A stretch of DNA of 25,564 nt, from IMG/VR virus record IMGVR_UViG_2778261069_000008. The stretch is one strand, 5' to 3'. The notes beneath the pieces were generated by a model, which did not search any database, had not been told where the DNA came from, and saw nothing but the letters and a program-made list of their open reading frames with translations. This DNA is from a virus. Taxonomy: Duplodnaviria > Heunggongvirae > Uroviricota > Caudoviricetes. Each line of letters opens with the position of its first letter. The first letter of the stretch is position 1. Of this stretch, positions 7,895-16,739 are shown in pieces. A program made the position numbers and the translations under genes.

Positions 7895-8656
7895 TCACCT
7901 TTCCGACACAACGCGACTGGAGGAATCGACAATCTGTCGGACAATATCCCGGTGTTTATTCAGCTCCCGCAGCGCGGCGCAGACGCGCTCCCATTTCTGG
8001 ACATGATTTTTCGCCCGGCGCAGTTCGCGGTTTGCCAGATGCAGCGATGGTAAAATCAGGTCATCCGCCCGCGTTTCGGTGAACGATGGCAGCGACTGCA
8101 CAATGTCCGCCACAGTTTCTGTTTTAATTTCTTCCTGTGTTACAGCTTCCTGTGCTGGTAACGCAACACCTGCTGGCTGAGGAAAGGCTTTACCATCAGT
8201 TTCCGTTACCAATGCGGCTTTCGGCTCTGCTGGTAAATTATCGTCCGGCATGCAGTAACGAAATTTACCGTTCTGATTTACGCGAATCAGGCGACCTTTG
8301 CTGATTGCCTGAGCCAGCGTTGAAGCCACTTTGCGTGATGTGATACCGAACAGCGTAGCCAGCTCATCAGCCGTTTGTGGTCCGCGTTGTTCAATCGTCG
8401 CGGTTAAATCGCACTCTGAGATTTTCGCTACTGTTGCCGTGGTAGTTTCTTCATGAAATTCAGCCCGGGATGCTTGTTCCTGCTGAGCATTGCTACCAGC
8501 CACACGCCAGGTGTACGCGGTTTTATCAACGAAACCAGATTTTTTCAGTTCCCACAGCTCATTCAGTACCTCTTCACGACTGATATCAAGTCGCGCAGCA
8601 AGTTCTATGGATGTGGCTTTTCCCATTGCTTTCAGTGCGTCAAAAACAGTCTCCAT
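7895..8656 (-). CDS. Hypothetical protein with two predicted winged-helix-like segments
   Basis: 253 aa; N-terminal [30 protein letters not shown] and central [32 protein letters not shown] resemble DNA-binding wHTH units; sits between replication and nin-like genes. Confidence 0.5.
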   Translation of the reverse strand: METVFDALKAMGKATSIELAARLDISREEVLNELWELKKSGFVDKTAYTWRVAGSNAQQEQASRAEFHEETTTATVAKISECDLTATIEQRGPQTADELATLFGITSRKVASTLAQAISKGRLIRVNQNGKFRYCMPDDNLPAEPKAALVTETDGKAFPQPAGVALPAQEAVTQEEIKTETVADIVQSLPSFTETRADDLILPSLHLANRELRRAKNHVQKWERVCAALRELNKHRDIVRQIVDSSSRVVSER

Positions 8657-8679
8657 TAAATTTTTTCTCCCGGTAAAAA

Positions 8680-9426
8680 TTACTTCGTGATTCCTGGCTG
8701 GACGACATTCTGGCGCCAGCTTTCCCAGTTAAAAGTCACCCAGCGCCCGCCGTTCATGGTCATGCGATCCATAATCCTCTCGCCGAGCAACGTTTTCATG
8801 GCCTCATAGTTCAGGTTTGTCAGCATCCCCATACTGCGCATCGATGCTGTCCGGCGATCAACAATCTGATGCAGCACCACCTGCTCGTTTTTCGTCTCAC
8901 GCTGAATGCCAATTTCATCAAGAACCAGCAGATCCACTTCGCACAGTTCCCGCAAAAATTTTTCGCCTGACTGCCCGTCGTCATAGCTGGCGTGCAGGGC
9001 ACTCATAACATCAGCCACAGTAACCACTATCACTGTCTGGCCGTCTTTCAGCAGGCGATTCCCGATAGCCGCCGCCAGATGGTTTTTTCCGGTACCAGGT
9101 TTTCCGCTGAACGCGAAATTTGTGCATCCGGTCATCAGTTCATCAGCGATGGATTTCGCCTGACTTAACGCGTATCGCTGGCCGTCGTTCTGTACATGGT
9201 AATTCGCAAACGAGCATTTACGGTGCAACGGCTGGATGCCTGAGCGATTCAGAATTTTTTCCACCCGCAACTGGCGATTCAGGCGGTTGATCTCCTCGCT
9301 ACGCTTCTGGCCTTCAGCAAGTTGCCACTCGCGCCACTCCGCTACCGTTCTGAATGGGGCGGTTACATGTAGCGGGGTCAGTCTGCGGATACGATCCAGA
9401 ACGCCGCCTGTCGCAATATTTTTCAT
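8680..9426 (-). CDS. DnaC-like helicase loader / replication protein (IstB-like AAA+ ATPase)
   Basis: 248 aa with Walker [16 protein letters not shown] and Walker B LLVLDEIG; directly downstream of the O-like gene; same size as Rac YdaV. Confidence 0.8.
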   Translation of the reverse strand: MKNIATGGVLDRIRRLTPLHVTAPFRTVAEWREWQLAEGQKRSEEINRLNRQLRVEKILNRSGIQPLHRKCSFANYHVQNDGQRYALSQAKSIADELMTGCTNFAFSGKPGTGKNHLAAAIGNRLLKDGQTVIVVTVADVMSALHASYDDGQSGEKFLRELCEVDLLVLDEIGIQRETKNEQVVLHQIVDRRTASMRSMGMLTNLNYEAMKTLLGERIMDRMTMNGGRWVTFNWESWRQNVVQPGITK

Positions 9427-9432
9427 GGTTCG

Positions 9433-10395
9433 TTACCCCCTGAACCCCGGCGGAATTTCGGTGTCCGGTTCAGAAATATGATTCACACAACGCTGTACAG
9501 GCGAACGCCCCAGGCGGATAACCAGTTCATCCCATTTTTCGCGAAGCTTTGACGGGCTCATGATGTTTTTTACCCAGAATGGATCCCGCTGTACCCGTCC
9601 AAACATTTCGCAAATTTGTCTGTGAGTTCTGCCATCCAGCATCCGCATTGTGCGCACGTCATTGGCCCACGCGGTCCAGTTTGGTTCTTTCGGTCGCGTG
9701 ATCTCGCCATCATCGCTGGCCGCCTGCTCGTAAAGACTCACGATTCGTCCCCAGATCCACTGTGCGCACGCCAAATCTTCCTGACTTCCCCACTGGCGTT
9801 TTTTCGCACTGAACACAACCGCATCAGGGTGTCGGGTTAAAAAATCCTGTTCAGCCGTCTGCGGGTCCGGTTGCGAAGCGTCCGGACAAGAAGATCTTTT
9901 ATCTGACGGATCAGATTTTAATACTGACGGATCGGGGTCAATCATCGCCCCCCTAACCGACCGTTTTTTATCAACGGTTGATCCATCAAAATTTGACGGG
10001 TCAACCGTTGAGGGGTCAATATTTGACGGGTCAACCGTTAACGGGTCATTTTTTGCCGGGCTAATTTTTCTTTTCGGTTTATATGCCTCTCGCGCCGCCG
10101 CTGCTGCAGCTTCGAGTTTTTCCACATTAAGCCGGTAGATATTGCTTACGTTACGTCCGCCAACCTTACGCTCTTCCTTTGTCAGCCAGCCGCTCTTTTC
10201 CAGTTCCGCTATCGCCGCTTTAACCGTTGATTCACTCTTTGCCCCAATCTGACGACGAATGGTCTCTACTGCAGGCCATGACACACCTTCATCATTGCTG
10301 TAGTCTGCAAGACGAGCCATCACTGCCACCCTGGATAAGATCATGCCGGTGAAGGCACACCCTTCCCAGACAAGACCATGAAGCTTGCTGCTCAT
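9433..10395 (-). CDS. Replication initiator (lambda O-like) carrying origin iterons
   Basis: 320 aa; N-terminal HTH-like region; central repeated peptide DPLTVDPSNIDPSTVDPSNFDGSTVD encoded by DNA iterons; followed by the helicase loader. Confidence 0.7.
   Translation of the reverse strand: MSSKLHGLVWEGCAFTGMILSRVAVMARLADYSNDEGVSWPAVETIRRQIGAKSESTVKAAIAELEKSGWLTKEERKVGGRNVSNIYRLNVEKLEAAAAAAREAYKPKRKISPAKNDPLTVDPSNIDPSTVDPSNFDGSTVDKKRSVRGAMIDPDPSVLKSDPSDKRSSCPDASQPDPQTAEQDFLTRHPDAVVFSAKKRQWGSQEDLACAQWIWGRIVSLYEQAASDDGEITRPKEPNWTAWANDVRTMRMLDGRTHRQICEMFGRVQRDPFWVKNIMSPSKLREKWDELVIRLGRSPVQRCVNHISEPDTEIPPGFRG
9900..10085. repeat. Origin-like iteron array plus adjacent AT-rich tract inside the O-like gene
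   Basis: Repeats of ATTTGACGGGTCAACCGTT (two full copies near 9991 and 10021) with partial and inverted copies nearby, followed by ATTTTTTGCCGGGCTAATTTTTCTTTTCGG. Confidence 0.6.
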
Positions 10396-10418
10396 AAAAA
10401 ACCCCGAACACCGTGCTT

Positions 10419-10844
10419 TTAGTGCATCACCACGGCATTTCCTGCCGGGCCACCGCGATTAATCTGGTTGAAACCAGCAATTGCCACCGCAATAAAATCA
10501 TCTGCATCCCTCACCAGCCGCTCCCGCGTCTCCAGCAGCTCCCGAAAATAGGCTGAACTGTGACTGCGCATTCGGGCCACCAGCAGAGGCGGCATTGCCT
10601 TTTCGATCGCAGGTAACAACGCCTGAATTTTTTTAACCGCATCAGGAGTGTCTTTCTCTACCCAGCGGAAAATTTTCTGGGTATTGCGAGCCAGGGCTTC
10701 AGGATGGCTGTTGTCGTACAGTTCAGGAAACGTCATACTCAACTCAAAATAAGCCCGGGTTATTTCAGCTGCCGGAACCTTTTCGCCATCAGGACGCGCC
10801 CAGACATTCATCGCTATGCGGATGTGTTCATGCTTGATTTTCAT
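10419..10844 (-). CDS. ydaT: YdaT-like protein of the Rac-type immunity region
   Basis: 141-aa ORF directly downstream of the ydaS-like gene; size and order match Rac ydaS-ydaT; assignment by position and recollection, not by motif. Confidence 0.5.
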   Translation of the reverse strand: MKIKHEHIRIAMNVWARPDGEKVPAAEITRAYFELSMTFPELYDNSHPEALARNTQKIFRWVEKDTPDAVKKIQALLPAIEKAMPPLLVARMRSHSSAYFRELLETRERLVRDADDFIAVAIAGFNQINRGGPAGNAVVMH

Positions 10845-10866
10845 GAATCATTTGCCTCTTGATGTT

Positions 10867-11163
10867 TCAGGTATGATCAAATGAGGATTTGTTACTGTCA
10901 TTTAGTTGCTTCACTGACATATTCTGCGAATAACATGCCGAACGTCGTAAATATGACCAGTCAATATCAGGACGAAGTTCTTCGCACAGAACGTCACCTC
11001 TTGTTGCACGTTCAATTGCTGGACATCTCTCTGCAGGCAATTGACGTACCCCTTTGATCCATTGATTTACGCTTGGAGGTGATACACCTAAAAGCCTAGC
11101 CATTGCTGATTGCCCACCGACAACAGCACAAGCTCGCTTGAATGAATAGTTCTCTTTTTTCAT
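10867..11163 (-). CDS. ydaS: Cro-like HTH regulator (YdaS-like), divergent from the repressor
   Basis: 98 aa; HTH segment QSAMARLLGVSPPSVNQWIKG; divergently transcribed from racR across an operator-bearing intergenic region. Confidence 0.6.
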   Translation of the reverse strand: MKKENYSFKRACAVVGGQSAMARLLGVSPPSVNQWIKGVRQLPAERCPAIERATRGDVLCEELRPDIDWSYLRRSACYSQNMSVKQLNDSNKSSFDHT

Positions 11164-11286
11164 CGAATGAACTCCAAAAACACACAGAGATATTAGGCGA
11201 CGCCTAATACTAATGTCAATAGGCTATGCCTAATGTAGTAAGGGTAGGGATTGCCTAATACAATGAGCATAGGAGAATATTAAGCA
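11164..11286. promoter_or_regulatory. Divergent promoter/operator region between ydaS-like and racR (OR-like)
   Basis: Three operator-like inverted repeats sharing TAGGC-N3-GCCTAAT: ATTAGGCGACGCCTAAT (11192-11208), ATAGGCTATGCCTAAT (11218-11234), TAGGGATTGCCTAAT (11245-11259); AGGAG SD before racR ATG. Confidence 0.6.
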
Positions 11287-11763
11287 ATGCTTAGTGGTAA
11301 AGACTTAGGCCGAGCAATAGAGCAGGCCATTAACAAAAAAATCGCATCGGGATCCGTCAAATCAAAGGCGGAGGTCGCTCGCCACTTCAAAGTCCAACCA
11401 CCATCAATCTATGACTGGATTAAGAAAGGCTCCATAAGTAAAGATAAACTTCCAGAATTATGGCGTTTCTTTTCTGATGTTGTTGGTCCAGAGCATTGGG
11501 GGCTTAACGAATACCCCATACCAACCCCCACCAACTCAGATACAAAAAGTGAACTTTTAGACATAAACAACCTTTATCAGGCAGCCTCTGATGAAATAAG
11601 AGCGATTGTAGCTTTCCTGTTATCAGGAAATGCTACAGAACCAGACTGGGTTGACCACGATGTTCGCGCCTACATAGCAGCGATGGAAATGAAAGTTGGT
11701 AAGTATCTGAAAGTTCTAGAATCTGAACGGAAAAGCCAGAACATCACAAAAACTGGAACTTAA
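11287..11763 (+). CDS. racR: Prophage repressor, RacR-like
   Basis: 158 aa, MLSGKDLGRAIEQAINKKIASGSVKSKAEVARHFKVQPPSIYDWIKKG..., N-terminal HTH; matches RacR in length and sequence as recalled; flanked by operator repeats. Confidence 0.7.
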   Translation: MLSGKDLGRAIEQAINKKIASGSVKSKAEVARHFKVQPPSIYDWIKKGSISKDKLPELWRFFSDVVGPEHWGLNEYPIPTPTNSDTKSELLDINNLYQAASDEIRAIVAFLLSGNATEPDWVDHDVRAYIAAMEMKVGKYLKVLESERKSQNITKTGT

Positions 11764-11858
11764 ACTTATATGGTCTGACGGAAAACTCCTGGATTCCGTT
11801 ATTTAATCCCTCCCATCACTTTTTTCATTCGCATCACCTATTGGGTTACGCCCAGAAC

Positions 11859-11902
11859 ATTAGGCAAAGCCTATTGACAATCAATTAGGCATTACCTATA
11901 GT
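11859..11902 (+). promoter_or_regulatory. pL-like early-left promoter with overlapping operator repeats
   Basis: TTGACA (11874-11879) - 17 nt - TATAGT (11897-11902); two more TAGGC-N3-(G/A)CCTA operator-like repeats at 11859-11874 and 11884-11900 overlapping the -35 and spacer. Confidence 0.55.
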
Positions 11903-12079
11903 TCCAGCATGCCACCCACCCCGCCCCACAGCACGCAGGGCAATACTTCGAGTTACCAGGCAGTGGTCAGGGGTTAAGTAGCCAGCCCGAGGCGTAAGAA
12001 CATGACGGCAGGGTTCAACTTTAACTATGCAGCAGGTTTTTGTTCCGCTACCCCGGCGTTAAGGGGAAATGAGGTCAGC

Positions 12080-12232
12080 ATGGATACTATCGATCTTGGC
12101 AACAACGAATCTCTGGTGTACGGCGTGTTTCCCAACCAGGACGGCACGTTCACCGCGATGACGTATACCAAAAGTAAAACGTTTAAAACCGAAGCTGGCG
12201 CGCATCGCTGGTTAGCAAGAAACTCTGACTGA
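12080..12232 (+). CDS. Small early-left protein (YdaF-like)
   Basis: 50 aa from the internal Met with GAGG SD: MDTIDLGNNESLVYGVFPNQDGTFTAMTYTKSKTFKTEAGAHRWLARNSD; first gene after the pL-like promoter. Confidence 0.5.
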   Translation: MDTIDLGNNESLVYGVFPNQDGTFTAMTYTKSKTFKTEAGAHRWLARNSD

Positions 12233-12243
12233 TGAGGTTGACG

Positions 12244-12882
12244 ATGGAATTTAAAGATTTACCTACTTCAATCCAGGAGATTGCAGCACACACACTTCGT
12301 CATCGTCTGAACGAACTTGCATTGGAATCGGTAACGAAAAAAGACACTGATAATATGGCTCGTAATGTGCGCGATGCGTTTACCGGATTGTATTTCTGTG
12401 CGTCTGTAAATAAACACGACTCAGAGAGTGTGGCAAATAAAATTGCAGAAACGACAGCGCAAAACATCAATACGAAACCAACGGAAGAAGAAATTGATCA
12501 GTTTGCTCATGATGCTGGTTTAAAAAACAAGAAAGAAAAATCGCCATATGCGGGGAACATGTTTGTTTATGACAATCTCATCAGAATTCGTGGCGAAATT
12601 CCGGCGGAATACCTGGCAAGAGTCCATCAGGCATTGCTTAAAAATCTGGAAACAGAATTATTTGATGGCAACACTAACGGTTTCTTCATGGTATCAGGCC
12701 TTGAGAAAGACTGGGATGCAGAAAAACGCTGGAATGTTGCTACATGGTTATTCAGTAACAGAGCCGCTGCCCTGGAAGCTTCGGCATGTATTTGCGGCCT
12801 GTTCTTAACAGACCACAAATATAATCTGGATGTGTACAGTTATATTTACGCTGAACACGGTCCGCTCTGGATTGACTGGTAA
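12244..12882 (+). CDS. Hypothetical early-left cargo protein (212 aa), unrecognised
   Basis: ORF with GAGG SD 6 nt before the ATG at 12244 (alternative ATG at 12232 overlaps the upstream stop); no TM helices or motifs I recognise; occupies the position where lambdoid phages carry exclusion genes such as sieB. Confidence 0.55.
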   Translation: MEFKDLPTSIQEIAAHTLRHRLNELALESVTKKDTDNMARNVRDAFTGLYFCASVNKHDSESVANKIAETTAQNINTKPTEEEIDQFAHDAGLKNKKEKSPYAGNMFVYDNLIRIRGEIPAEYLARVHQALLKNLETELFDGNTNGFFMVSGLEKDWDAEKRWNVATWLFSNRAAALEASACICGLFLTDHKYNLDVYSYIYAEHGPLWIDW

Positions 12883-13092
12883 TTATAAGGAAACACCAGC
12901 AGGGCCGCGGCGACCAACAGAACGATTAAAATCAATAATGCCATTATAAAGGACATTATTTAATTTATCGTCGAATGCTGATTCTGTGAGCCTCAACTCT
13001 GAATGAGTTTTTAATAACCCTGATTGCCTGAGTTGATTTACTAGGCATTCAATCTGTTTTTCAATAAGCGGATTTCTTTTTTTGTTTGGCAT
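12883..13092 (-). CDS. Small basic protein (69 aa) convergent with the early-left operon
   Basis: Strong SD GGAGG 5-6 nt before the ATG at 13092; MPNKKRNPLIEKQIECLVNQLRQSGLLKTHSELRL...; its stop abuts the stop of the 212-aa gene. Confidence 0.45.
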   Translation of the reverse strand: MPNKKRNPLIEKQIECLVNQLRQSGLLKTHSELRLTESAFDDKLNNVLYNGIIDFNRSVGRRGPAGVSL

Positions 13093-13442
13093 TTTATCCT
13101 CCATTGAGGTTCTGGGTTAAAAATGGAGACCAACACGCTGTCACGTGTGGTCGTGCGCCGGACACGGATAAGAATCCGGTACTGACAGTTTACTGAAAGG
13201 ATATATCCCTGAAAAGCCAGGGCATAACGCGAAAGCACACGGCGAAATTGGTCTCTCTGTACGGTGTCGTTAAATTTAATTCGACCGTGCGCTTCCGGTT
13301 GTGGCACTCCGCGAAATGGCGCGGCGGTAAGTATGGCGGGGTTATTCCTTCCCCGTTGAGGACACCGGGTTGTCAGGTTGACCATACGCTTAAGTGACAA
13401 CCCCGCTACAACGCCCTCTGTTATCAATTTTCTGGTGGCGTT

Positions 13443-13485
13443 TGGCGGTATCAGTTTTACTCCGTGACTGCTCTGCCGCCCTTTT
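13443..13485 (+). terminator. Terminator-like hairpin upstream of the KilR-like gene
   Basis: GGCGG...CTGCCGCC arms followed by CTTTTT; irregular stem, weak call. Confidence 0.3.
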
Positions 13486-13659
13486 TAAAGTGAATTTTGT
13501 GATGCGGTGAATGCGGCTAAGCGCACGCGGAACAGTTAAAACCAAAAACAGTGTTATGGGTGGATTCTCTGTATCCGGCGTTAATTGTTAACTGGTTAAC
13601 GTCACCTGGAGGCACCAGGCACCGCATCAACAAAGTTCATTTGTAAAAATGGAGATAAT

Positions 13660-13882
13660 TATGATTGCTCATCACTTCGGAACTGATGAGATTCCTCGTC
13701 AGTGCGTGACTCCCGGTGATTATGTTATTCATAAAGGAAGAACATATATTGCTTCGGTAAACAACATTAAAAAACAACGGCTCTATATTCGTGATTTTTC
13801 CACACAACACTGTATTAAGGAAACCATGATTAAAGTCTTCCTTGGTCGTGATGGTTTACCTGTAAAAGCAGAGTCATGGTGA
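13660..13882 (+). CDS. Small early-left protein, possibly KilR-like
   Basis: 73 aa from the ATG preceded by [39 protein letters not shown]...; size and position match Rac kilR, but the sequence identity is not confirmed from memory. Confidence 0.5.
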
Positions 13883-14005
13883 GCAGTAATAAAATAACTG
13901 CCACAATACGACATTCAGCTTAATGAATACATCAGATTTGATTCTTATATGCCAGCAATGGCAGGGATTTGTTCATCCTTAAATCTGTCATGAGGTTAAA
14001 ACAAA

Positions 14006-16477
14006 ATGAGTAAAGTCTTTATTTGCGCCGCCATTCCGGACGAACAGGCAATAAAGGAAGAAGGTGCAATTGCTGTAGCCACTGCCATTGAAGCCGGTGA
14101 CGAACGCCGCGCCCGTGCCAAATTTACCTGGCAATTCCTGGAGCAATATCCGGCTGCTCAGGACTGCGCTTATAAATTTCTTGTCTGCGAGGATAAACCC
14201 GGCATGCCCCGCCCTGCTATCGACTCTTGGGATACCGAATATATGCAGGAAAACCGCTGGGATGAGGAATCCGCTTCCTTTATTCCGGTCGAACCAGAAT
14301 CCGATCCGATGAACGTCAATTTTGACAAGCTGTCCCTTGAAGTACAGAACGCGGTCCTGGTTAAGTTCGGTACATGTGAAAACATCACCGTTGATATGGT
14401 GATTAGTGCTCAGGAATTACTGCAGGAGGACATGGCAACATTCGACGGGCATATCGTTGAGGCATTGATGAAAATGCCTGAAGTTAACGTCATGTATTCA
14501 GAGCTTAAGCTGCTCGCCATCGGGTGGGTTAAACATAAATGTAAGCCGGGTGCAAAATGGCCTGAGATCCAGACAGAATTACGCACCTGGAAAAAACGTC
14601 GCGAAGCCGAACGCAAAGAAACCGGGAAATACACGTCTGTTGTTGATCTTGCCCGCGCCAGAGTCAACCGGCAGAACACTGAAAACTCAGTAGCGAAAAT
14701 CCCCCCAGCCACTGCCACCATTCGTCGCGAATACAAGCAGACATGGAAAACACTGGATGATGAACTGGCCTACGCTCTGTGGCCTGGTGACATTGATGCC
14801 GGAAACATTGACGGCAGCATCCATCGCTGGGCAAAAAATGAAGTTATCGACAACGACCGCGAAGACTGGAAGCGTATCTCGGCATCAATGCGCAAACAGC
14901 CTGATGCCCTTCGCTACGACCGCCAGACTATTTTTGGCCTTGTCCGTGAACGTCCGATCGACATTCACAAAGCCCCTGTGGCACTGAACAAATACATTAC
15001 TGAATACCTGACTACAAAGGGCGTGTTTGAAGATGAAGGAACAAATCAGAGCGCAACTGATACTCTCTCGTCGCCAGTACCAGAAACTGATGCAGTGGAA
15101 ACGGCAATTCCGGACAACGAAAAAACCGAATGCAAAGTGGAAGTCGAACCATCTGTAGAGCGTGAAGGGCCGTTCTACTTCCTCTTCACCGACAAGGATG
15201 GCGAAAAATATGGTCGCGCAAACAAACTTTCTGGTCTGAATAAGGCGCTGACTGCAGGGGCTACTGAAATCACGAAAGAAGAATATTTTGCCCGCAAAAA
15301 CGGTACATACTCAGGTTCACAACAAAATACTGGTGCATCTGACACGACCGCACAACCAGAGCCGGTAAAAGTTACCGCTGAAGAAGTAAACAAAATTATG
15401 CAGGCAGCCAATATCAGCCAGCCTGACGCCGATAAGTTGCTTGCTGCCTCTCGCGGAGAATTTGTTGCAGGGATTAGCGACCCGAATGATCCGAAATGGG
15501 TGAAGGGGATTGAAACCCGCGACTCTGTAAACCAGAACCAGCAAGAATCGGAACAGAACGACCAGAAAACGGAACAAAACAGCCCAAATGCGCAACAAAA
15601 CGAGCCAGAAACGAAACAGGTTGAACCAGTAGCGCAACAGGAGCCGGAAAAAGCCTGCACCGCCTGCGGTCAGACCGGCGGCGGTAGCTGCCCTGATTGT
15701 GGTGCGGTGATGGGCGACGCAACATACCAGGAAATATTCGATGAAGAGAATCAGCCTGAAGTTCAGGAAAATGATCCGGAGGAAATGGAAGGCACTGCGC
15801 ATCAGCACAAGGAGAACACTGGCGGCAATCAGCATCATGCCAGCGATAGTGAAACTGGCGAGGCGTCAGATCCCTTAATTAAGGCGAACGGTCATCATAA
15901 TCTCACATCCACCAGCAGAGCGGGGATTCATCTGATGATCGACCTTGAAACCATGGGAAAAAATCCTGATGCCCCGATTATCTCAATAGGTGCAATATTT
16001 TTCGATCCGCAAACCGGAGATATGGGACCGGAATTTAGTAAGACTGTCGATCTGGAAACTGCTGGCGGAGTCATTGATCGGGACACCATTAAATGGTGGC
16101 TTAAGCAATCACGCGAAGCGCAATCTGCCATTATGACCGATGAAATCCCGTTAGATGATGCACTGTTACAATTGCGGGAATTTATCGACGAAAACTCCGG
16201 TGAATTTTTTGTTCAGGTCTGGGGAAATGGAGCAAACTTCGACAACACGATTTTGCGCCGTTCATACGAACGGCAGGGGATCCCCTGCCCGTGGCGTTAC
16301 TACAACGATCGCGATATACGCACAATCGTTGAGCTGGGGAAAGCCATAGACTTCGATGCCAGAACTGCTATCCCATTCGAAGGTGAGCGCCATAATGCAC
16401 TTGATGACGCTCGTTACCAGGCAAAATACGTTTCAGCTATCTGGCAAAAACTGATCCCGAGTCAGGCTGATTTTTAA
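14006..16477 (+). CDS. Large protein with C-terminal DEDDh (DnaQ-like) 3'-5' exonuclease domain, at the RecE position
   Basis: 823 aa; C-terminal motifs Exo I MIDLETMG, Exo II VWGNGANFDNTIL, Exo III HNALDDARYQAKY; internal CTACGQTGGGSCPDCG (CxxC-x7-CxxC); long acidic Gln/Glu-rich linker. Confidence 0.7.
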   Translation: MSKVFICAAIPDEQAIKEEGAIAVATAIEAGDERRARAKFTWQFLEQYPAAQDCAYKFLVCEDKPGMPRPAIDSWDTEYMQENRWDEESASFIPVEPESDPMNVNFDKLSLEVQNAVLVKFGTCENITVDMVISAQELLQEDMATFDGHIVEALMKMPEVNVMYSELKLLAIGWVKHKCKPGAKWPEIQTELRTWKKRREAERKETGKYTSVVDLARARVNRQNTENSVAKIPPATATIRREYKQTWKTLDDELAYALWPGDIDAGNIDGSIHRWAKNEVIDNDREDWKRISASMRKQPDALRYDRQTIFGLVRERPIDIHKAPVALNKYITEYLTTKGVFEDEGTNQSATDTLSSPVPETDAVETAIPDNEKTECKVEVEPSVEREGPFYFLFTDKDGEKYGRANKLSGLNKALTAGATEITKEEYFARKNGTYSGSQQNTGASDTTAQPEPVKVTAEEVNKIMQAANISQPDADKLLAASRGEFVAGISDPNDPKWVKGIETRDSVNQNQQESEQNDQKTEQNSPNAQQNEPETKQVEPVAQQEPEKACTACGQTGGGSCPDCGAVMGDATYQEIFDEENQPEVQENDPEEMEGTAHQHKENTGGNQHHASDSETGEASDPLIKANGHHNLTSTSRAGIHLMIDLETMGKNPDAPIISIGAIFFDPQTGDMGPEFSKTVDLETAGGVIDRDTIKWWLKQSREAQSAIMTDEIPLDDALLQLREFIDENSGEFFVQVWGNGANFDNTILRRSYERQGIPCPWRYYNDRDIRTIVELGKAIDFDARTAIPFEGERHNALDDARYQAKYVSAIWQKLIPSQADF

Positions 16478-16529
16478 TGTTCAACCCTAATTGCCGCTAA
16501 CCGTATATAGTTAGCGGCGGTTATGAGAT

Positions 16530-16739
16530 ATGGCTATGAGCAGCTTATTTTTAACCGAAGATGAATTGCTAATATTAACGGGCTGCAAATATGCAAGCCA
16601 CCAGCGAAAATGGTTAATGGAAAACGGGCTTCCGTTCTATACCAATCGTAGTGGCAAACCGATTGTCAGCCGGGATCTATTTACCTGCAATAAAACTTTA
16701 CCACCGCGCGAGGTAGAGCCGAATTTTGGTGCAATCTGA
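16530..16739 (+). CDS. Excisionase-like small protein
   Basis: 69-aa ORF immediately upstream of and overlapping (ATGA) the integrase gene; LTEDELLILTGCKYASHQRKWLMENGLPFY is typical of small Xis-like DNA-binding proteins. Confidence 0.55.
   Translation: MAMSSLFLTEDELLILTGCKYASHQRKWLMENGLPFYTNRSGKPIVSRDLFTCNKTLPPREVEPNFGAI

Noticed and set aside
8817-9008. Overlapping ORFs on both strands within the DnaC-like gene
   Set aside because: Embedded in a gene with clear Walker A/B motifs; no independent support.
13041-13427. 128-aa minus-strand ORF in the ORF-poor early-left gap
   Set aside because: Overlaps the better-supported 69-aa gene start region, lacks an SD, and its translation is Arg-rich low complexity; the region is treated as noncoding.
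14088-15838. Multiple ORFs antisense or out of frame within the 823-aa exonuclease gene (for example 15175..15660, 15317..15838 minus)
   Set aside because: Cys/Phe/Leu-rich low-complexity translations antisense to a Glu/Gln-rich coding region; the long sense ORF with exonuclease motifs explains the region.
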